Shown here: positions 59,593-64,000 of the stretch, one piece after another | Position numbering within the stretch: position 1 is the first letter of the stretch | Layout of the letters: each line of letters begins with the position of its first letter | Assembly (NCBI GenBank): GCA_048938855.1 | Contig: JBHLLT010000001.1 | Location: 416,124-480,123, forward strand | Source: Promethearchaeota archaeon | Lineage (GTDB): Archaea > Asgardarchaeota > Lokiarchaeia > Sigyniarchaeales > SOKP01 | Direction: 5' to 3' | Length of the DNA stretch: 64,000 nucleotides | Notes under the pieces: model-generated | The model's database searches: none | The model's input: the letters and a program-made list of their open reading frames with translations, nothing else | What the model was told of the DNA's origin: nothing | Program-made: the position numbers and the translations under genes

Positions 59593-60801
59593 CTATTTTC
59601 TCATTTGAATGAATTTACCAGATTTCATTAATTGACATGGAGTAAAATAGCCTAAATTTGATTCTCTGACAAAATTGTCAAGAAGATTTGTCCATTCTTT
59701 ATATTTTTTTTTTCCTACACCAAATGGTCCAGGTATATCCATTCCAGCAAGCATTGTATCATCTATAATTTTATAACCAGAAACTACTCCTTCCTCCAAG
59801 AGTTTACATCCCTCATTCAACTGAATTGCCAAAAAAAGTTCAAGATTGAGGATGTTTGCTTTTTTATCTGAGGTTATTAGTGGTTTCCCTTTGATCCATT
59901 TAAACAGACCTTCACCGGTTTTTCTACCCAATTTTCCTTCATTTACTAATCGTTTCAGGGTTTTACCAGGAGCAAAATCAGTAGAAACAACTTTTTCAAA
60001 GTATTTCATAGTGTTATAAATAACATCAAGACCTAAATAATCCCATTTGGCAAATGGTCCAATTTTCATTATCTCTTTTACATCAGCATCAAGTGTTTCT
60101 AATGGGATTTCTTTCTCCATTGCATAATCTAAAAGCCAATTTATATAAGCAGTAGTTCCTAACATTAGCCGATTTACAATGAATCCTGGACTCTCTTTTT
60201 GTAGAATTGGTAAAAGTCTTTTTCCTTTGAGAGCAGGTAATCGATTGCAAAGGTTTTTTGTAATTTCAATAGTCTCTTCTGAAGTTTCTTTCCCTTTTAT
60301 AATTTCAATTAATCTAAGTACTACTATAGGGGTAAAAAAATGACATCCGATTACTTTATCTGGTCTTCCTGATAAAGATGCGATTTTTGTTATACTCATC
60401 GTTGATGTATTAGTAGCTAAAATTACATGTTTAGGGGCAAACGTTCCTAATTTTTCAAAGAGTTCTTGTTTCAATTTCATTTTTTCTGGAATAGCTTCAA
60501 ATATAAAGTCTACATTAGAGATTGACTTCTTTAGATTTATTTCAGTTTTAAGATTTCTCATAAGAGAAGAAGCTGTATAACCTTCTTTTAATAGTCCTTT
60601 GTTTTCTAATTTTATCAACCCACTATGGATTTTCTTTTCTGCTAATTCGAGTATTTCACCATATAAATCATTTAAAATAACGTGTTCTAATCCTCCCATT
60701 AAAGCTACTTGAGCAATTTCATGACCCATTGTTCCAGCACCAATAACAGCAACTCTATTAATATCGTTTATCTTTCCCATTTTGTAATTCATCACTTTCA
60801 A
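59593..60801 (-). CDS. 3-hydroxyacyl-CoA dehydrogenase
   Basis: GAGTMG, EAIPE..K, TNTST, HFF.P, PGFIVNR, LGRKTGEG. Confidence 0.93.
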   Translation of the reverse strand: MKVMNYKMGKINDINRVAVIGAGTMGHEIAQVALMGGLEHVILNDLYGEILELAEKKIHSGLIKLENKGLLKEGYTASSLMRNLKTEINLKKSISNVDFIFEAIPEKMKLKQELFEKLGTFAPKHVILATNTSTMSITKIASLSGRPDKVIGCHFFTPIVVLRLIEIIKGKETSEETIEITKNLCNRLPALKGKRLLPILQKESPGFIVNRLMLGTTAYINWLLDYAMEKEIPLETLDADVKEIMKIGPFAKWDYLGLDVIYNTMKYFEKVVSTDFAPGKTLKRLVNEGKLGRKTGEGLFKWIKGKPLITSDKKANILNLELFLAIQLNEGCKLLEEGVVSGYKIIDDTMLAGMDIPGPFGVGKKKYKEWTNLLDNFVRESNLGYFTPCQLMKSGKFIQMRK

Positions 60802-60850
60802 TTAAAAATGATTAAATTATGGTTATATTTATAAAGAATTTGAATTCAAA

Positions 60851-61897
60851 CTAAAGGAAAAAAGTTGAGATTAAAAACCATGAGAGTAACATTGTCCCTA
60901 TTCCAAGAAATATTGATATAGGTAAACCTGGCAAAATTTTATTTCGTTTCAACCCTGAAATGGTAATTCCTGTTCCTATTATTGTTGCTAAAGCAGTTAA
61001 AATCATGACTATCAGATTATTAGTTTGGACTAAAGCACTCGACGTAAGCATACTATAAAAAGCTAAATCTCCAATCCCAATCTCTATTTTTGAAGTATCA
61101 TATTGATATTCCCCCTCTTTTATTTTTTTTTGTAATTCCTGTTCTAATATATCCACTTCTTCCTCTGGACTTGATGCAATATCTATTAATTGTTTGATAG
61201 GTCCACGCTTATATAAGACTGCAAAAATATCCCAACAGGAAATCCCGATTAAGATAGCTAAAGTTGTCCATAAAGGCATTAAGACGCCCATGGATGCTCC
61301 AATTAACAACCCAATATATAAAACGATAAAGTTTTTTATTTTTATTGATTTTGAGGTAAAATATAAATATAACATAACCATAGTAAAGAAAGCTGCTAAG
61401 AATATTAATTCATAATAAAAAACATAGAATGCTACAGGTGAATTAGAAAATATTAAATATAAAAATATCTCCCCAAAAAACCACGTTTGAAAAAAACCAA
61501 TTAACCCAAAACTAAATCCAAAAATATACATTAATGCTCCAATACCTTTTTTCTTAATTATGAAAATAATAATAAATGCAGAAATTCCCGCTAATGCAGT
61601 ATAAATTAATCCATTTAGTATTCCTCCTAATATACCATATTCGCTTTCCGGAATATAACCTCCATCAATTTGAATTCCAGCTTCAATATATGTTAAATAA
61701 GCTAGAATTGCTGCGATAGTTATTACTAAAATTATTGGTATTGGATATAAATTTCTTTTGATTCTGTAAGTGGGGAAAAAATGAGGAATAGAGTCTTTTT
61801 TTACTAAATCAACATCTTTTTCTTCCATATTTGTCGAGTTGTTAATCTGTTGTTCTTCTGTGTTTTTTTCAGCTAATTTCTCTGTTGTATCTGTCAT
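60851..61897 (-). CDS. Presenilin-family (A22) intramembrane aspartyl protease
   Basis: IS.WDIFAVL..RGP, IGIGDLAFYSML, LPGLPISI. Confidence 0.92.
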   Translation of the reverse strand: MTDTTEKLAEKNTEEQQINNSTNMEEKDVDLVKKDSIPHFFPTYRIKRNLYPIPIILVITIAAILAYLTYIEAGIQIDGGYIPESEYGILGGILNGLIYTALAGISAFIIIFIIKKKGIGALMYIFGFSFGLIGFFQTWFFGEIFLYLIFSNSPVAFYVFYYELIFLAAFFTMVMLYLYFTSKSIKIKNFIVLYIGLLIGASMGVLMPLWTTLAILIGISCWDIFAVLYKRGPIKQLIDIASSPEEEVDILEQELQKKIKEGEYQYDTSKIEIGIGDLAFYSMLTSSALVQTNNLIVMILTALATIIGTGITISGLKRNKILPGLPISIFLGIGTMLLSWFLISTFFL

Positions 61898-62051
61898 AAT
61901 TTCATAAAAATGATTATAAAAAATAATTAATCTAATTTATAATAGAATTTATGACTTAAATACCTATTAATAATAAATTTAAACCCACATTTACATGTTT
62001 ATTATCCATCCAAGAAACTTCTTATAGAACGTAACTTTTAAAACTCTGATA

Positions 62052-62798
62052 ATGCCAAGATTTCAGAAGTATGAGCAAAAAATTCGCAATTACAAAAATA
62101 AGTTAAAAAATTTAATTACAAGAATAGGAATAACTTACACGGACGAATTTGAATTAAATTTTGAAGCACCAAAAAAGCTTTCACTTCCTTGCCATATAGG
62201 AATTCTCTTTTTTGGAGATTTTGATGAAGATCTGTTTGAGAAAATTAAAATTTATTTAGAAAAAATATTTGATTCTTTTTTTTTTTCCGTCAAGAACTTA
62301 GGTACTTTTAACTTTTCTTTTGAATTAATCTCAAAAGGCGTTAGAACAGAATATCGAAAGATAAGAAAATCATCTGATAATATAAAGATACATCCTACTA
62401 ATAAGTTTTACCAGATTTTGATTAATAAAAGAGTAGAAGAAAACCTAGGGATGATAATTGCAGTGACAGATCTGCCTCTATATTCTAGTACTGATGATAA
62501 TGTTATATTCCTATTTGGAGAAGCTCATTTAAAACATCGTTGTTGTGTAATATCATCATTGAAATTAAAAGAACAGTTTTATAATAAAAAACCAAATTTA
62601 TCTATTTTTGAACAAAGAGTAATAAAAGAAACAATTCATGAAATTGGACACATCATATTAGGCTCAAATCATTGTCTTGATAACTCATGTGTTATGTGGT
62701 TCTCTCGTGATATAACAGAAATTGATAGTAAACTCTTTGATTTTTGTCACAGTTGTAAAGAAAAATTAGAACAAATTCGAGTAAACTATAATTTTTAA
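62052..62798 (+). CDS. Archaemetzincin (M54) Zn-dependent protease
   Basis: FLFGEA, R..KE.IHEIGH..LG..HC....CVM.FS, FC.SC. Confidence 0.9.
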   Translation: MPRFQKYEQKIRNYKNKLKNLITRIGITYTDEFELNFEAPKKLSLPCHIGILFFGDFDEDLFEKIKIYLEKIFDSFFFSVKNLGTFNFSFELISKGVRTEYRKIRKSSDNIKIHPTNKFYQILINKRVEENLGMIIAVTDLPLYSSTDDNVIFLFGEAHLKHRCCVISSLKLKEQFYNKKPNLSIFEQRVIKETIHEIGHIILGSNHCLDNSCVMWFSRDITEIDSKLFDFCHSCKEKLEQIRVNYNF

Positions 62799-62804
62799 AA
62801 AAAC

Positions 62805-64000
62805 CTAAAATGATACAATTGGTAATTTGTAAGTGAATTCCTTTACTAATTCTACTCGTTCTTTTCTTTCTCTTTTATAATAACGAAGTGGGTAAAGTTC
62901 ATTTATTATAAATTTATATAGTTTTATCCATGTTTTAGCTACTTTACTTATTTTGTAATTTTGGGCTATCATTTTAGAGTTTATAGCCATTTCTGCTCGT
63001 AAATCATCATCCTTAAACAATGTTACCACTTTATTCTTAAAATCTTCAAGATCATTTGCAAGGTATCCGGTTTTACCATGTCTAATTACATTGGATATTC
63101 CAGTGGCATTTGCTCCAATACAAGGCGTTCCTTGTGCCATCGCTTCGATTAAAACTAATCCTTCTGCTTCTACCCATGACCAAAGGCATGATAAATCAGC
63201 TGTATTATACAATTGCAATAAATCTCTAAAAGGTACCCGCCCTAAATATGAAACAATATCTTCATAATGCTTTCTTTTTATTAATTTCTTAACATGAGTA
63301 CTTGATGGTCCATCGCTACCAACAAGTACTAAATGCGTATCAGGAACTTCCTTTTGAATTTTCCTGAAAGTTTTAATTATGCTTAATTGATGTTTTTCAG
63401 GAGATAATCTTGAAGCATATAAAAGAATTTTTTTACTATCTAGATTATACTTATCTCTTATTCCATTTTCTCTTACATCTTTAAAATACAAATCTGAAAT
63501 ACCATTTGTTAAGCATATTATTGGTTCTTTAAATCGTTGTTCTCTGAGTAAATCTTTCTTGGATCTTGTTGGAACCGAAACAAGATCATACTTGTCTAAA
63601 ATATGTCTTTCATATCGCCATACCCAGTCTAATTTTGAGAGTGTTTTTCCAAAAACAGGTATATACTGAGAGGTATAAAAACTAAGGGGAGAATTATGAG
63701 TTCCAGCCATCGGAATACCTAAGTATTTTGCCCAATTAATTGCCATTGACCCATAACTTGCATGAGTATGAATATGCGCAATATCTAGATAATCATGGGA
63801 ACAGAAAAAATACCTATGTATTGGAAAGCTTAACACAAAACCAGTTTTTGGTCCTATTTTTGCTCCAAAAAAATTATAGAGGTGTAGATTCGTTGGTTTA
63901 ATCTTAGGTTTTTGAATCCCTGGGGCAAAGACATGAACATTGTGTCCTGTATATTTTGCAATACCTTCAGCTAGATTTCTACAAGCAATGGCAGTACCAT
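62805..64000 (-). CDS. Glycosyltransferase family 4; 5' end lies beyond the window
   Basis: Frame open to the edge (GTAIACRNLAEG...GHNVHVFAP); IHTH, RLSPEK, EAEGLVLIEAMAQGTP. Confidence 0.9.
   Translation of the reverse strand, partial: GTAIACRNLAEGIAKYTGHNVHVFAPGIQKPKIKPTNLHLYNFFGAKIGPKTGFVLSFPIHRYFFCSHDYLDIAHIHTHASYGSMAINWAKYLGIPMAGTHNSPLSFYTSQYIPVFGKTLSKLDWVWRYERHILDKYDLVSVPTRSKKDLLREQRFKEPIICLTNGISDLYFKDVRENGIRDKYNLDSKKILLYASRLSPEKHQLSIIKTFRKIQKEVPDTHLVLVGSDGPSSTHVKKLIKRKHYEDIVSYLGRVPFRDLLQLYNTADLSCLWSWVEAEGLVLIEAMAQGTPCIGANATGISNVIRHGKTGYLANDLEDFKNKVVTLFKDDDLRAEMAINSKMIAQNYKISKVAKTWIKLYKFIINELYPLRYYKRERKERVELVKEFTYKLPIVSF

Noticed and set aside
217-61415. Many short antisense or overlapping ORFs in the track (e.g. 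217-417, 1199-1387, 9452-9736, 12071-12331, 32307-32570, 38317-38649, 55239-55481)
   Set aside because: They overlap well-supported genes, mostly on the opposite strand, and show no motifs; shadow ORFs
1-64000. tRNA, rRNA, CRISPR arrays, transposases, integrases, inteins
   Set aside because: No GC-rich structured RNA segment, regularly spaced repeats or mobility genes seen; RNAP and helicase lengths leave no room for inteins. Small RNAs could be missed by eye
1-64000. Genome-wide reassignment of TGA
   Set aside because: TGA ends several ordinary genes (pyrB, eL30, gcvPA, XPD); only one site fits recoding

Overview
A 64-kb, very AT-rich, gene-dense stretch of an archaeal chromosome, almost certainly from an Asgard archaeon (Lokiarchaeia-like). 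The evidence is archaeal information-processing genes (PCNA, TFS, split RNAP A'/A'', Rpo4, NusA, eL30, uS12, uS7, eS27, eL42/L44e, eL21, eL33, Pus10, Dim1/KsgA, NurA, XPD, histone) mixed with eukaryotic-signature genes (four Rab/Roc-like small GTPases, two roadblock proteins, an ESCRT-III Snf7 protein, a presenilin-like protease). Housekeeping metabolism is also present (pyrB, ilvC, aroB-II, core MetE, gcvT/H/PA/PB, glycogen synthase, GH57, 3-hydroxyacyl-CoA dehydrogenase). I saw no tRNA, rRNA, CRISPR array or transposase. Main observations not visible in the ORF track: (1) at least four genes appear to start at non-canonical ATA or CTG codons placed 6-7 nt behind a Shine-Dalgarno site, and for two of them (XPD, MFS) no canonical in-frame start can include the conserved N-terminus; (2) a peroxiredoxin-like gene has an in-frame TGA exactly at the catalytic Cys (UxxC, probable selenoprotein) and a 3' hairpin; (3) an HTH + ATP-cone + catalytically dead class III ribonucleotide reductase fusion looks like a nucleotide-sensing regulator; (4) a nucleoside/nucleotide kinase ends in a PCNA-binding PIP box; (5) a pseudo-GTPase with a polybasic tail is bracketed by 30-bp direct repeats; (6) several other pseudoenzymes and operator-like palindromes occur. 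Family calls come from motifs recognised by eye and have not been checked by database search.
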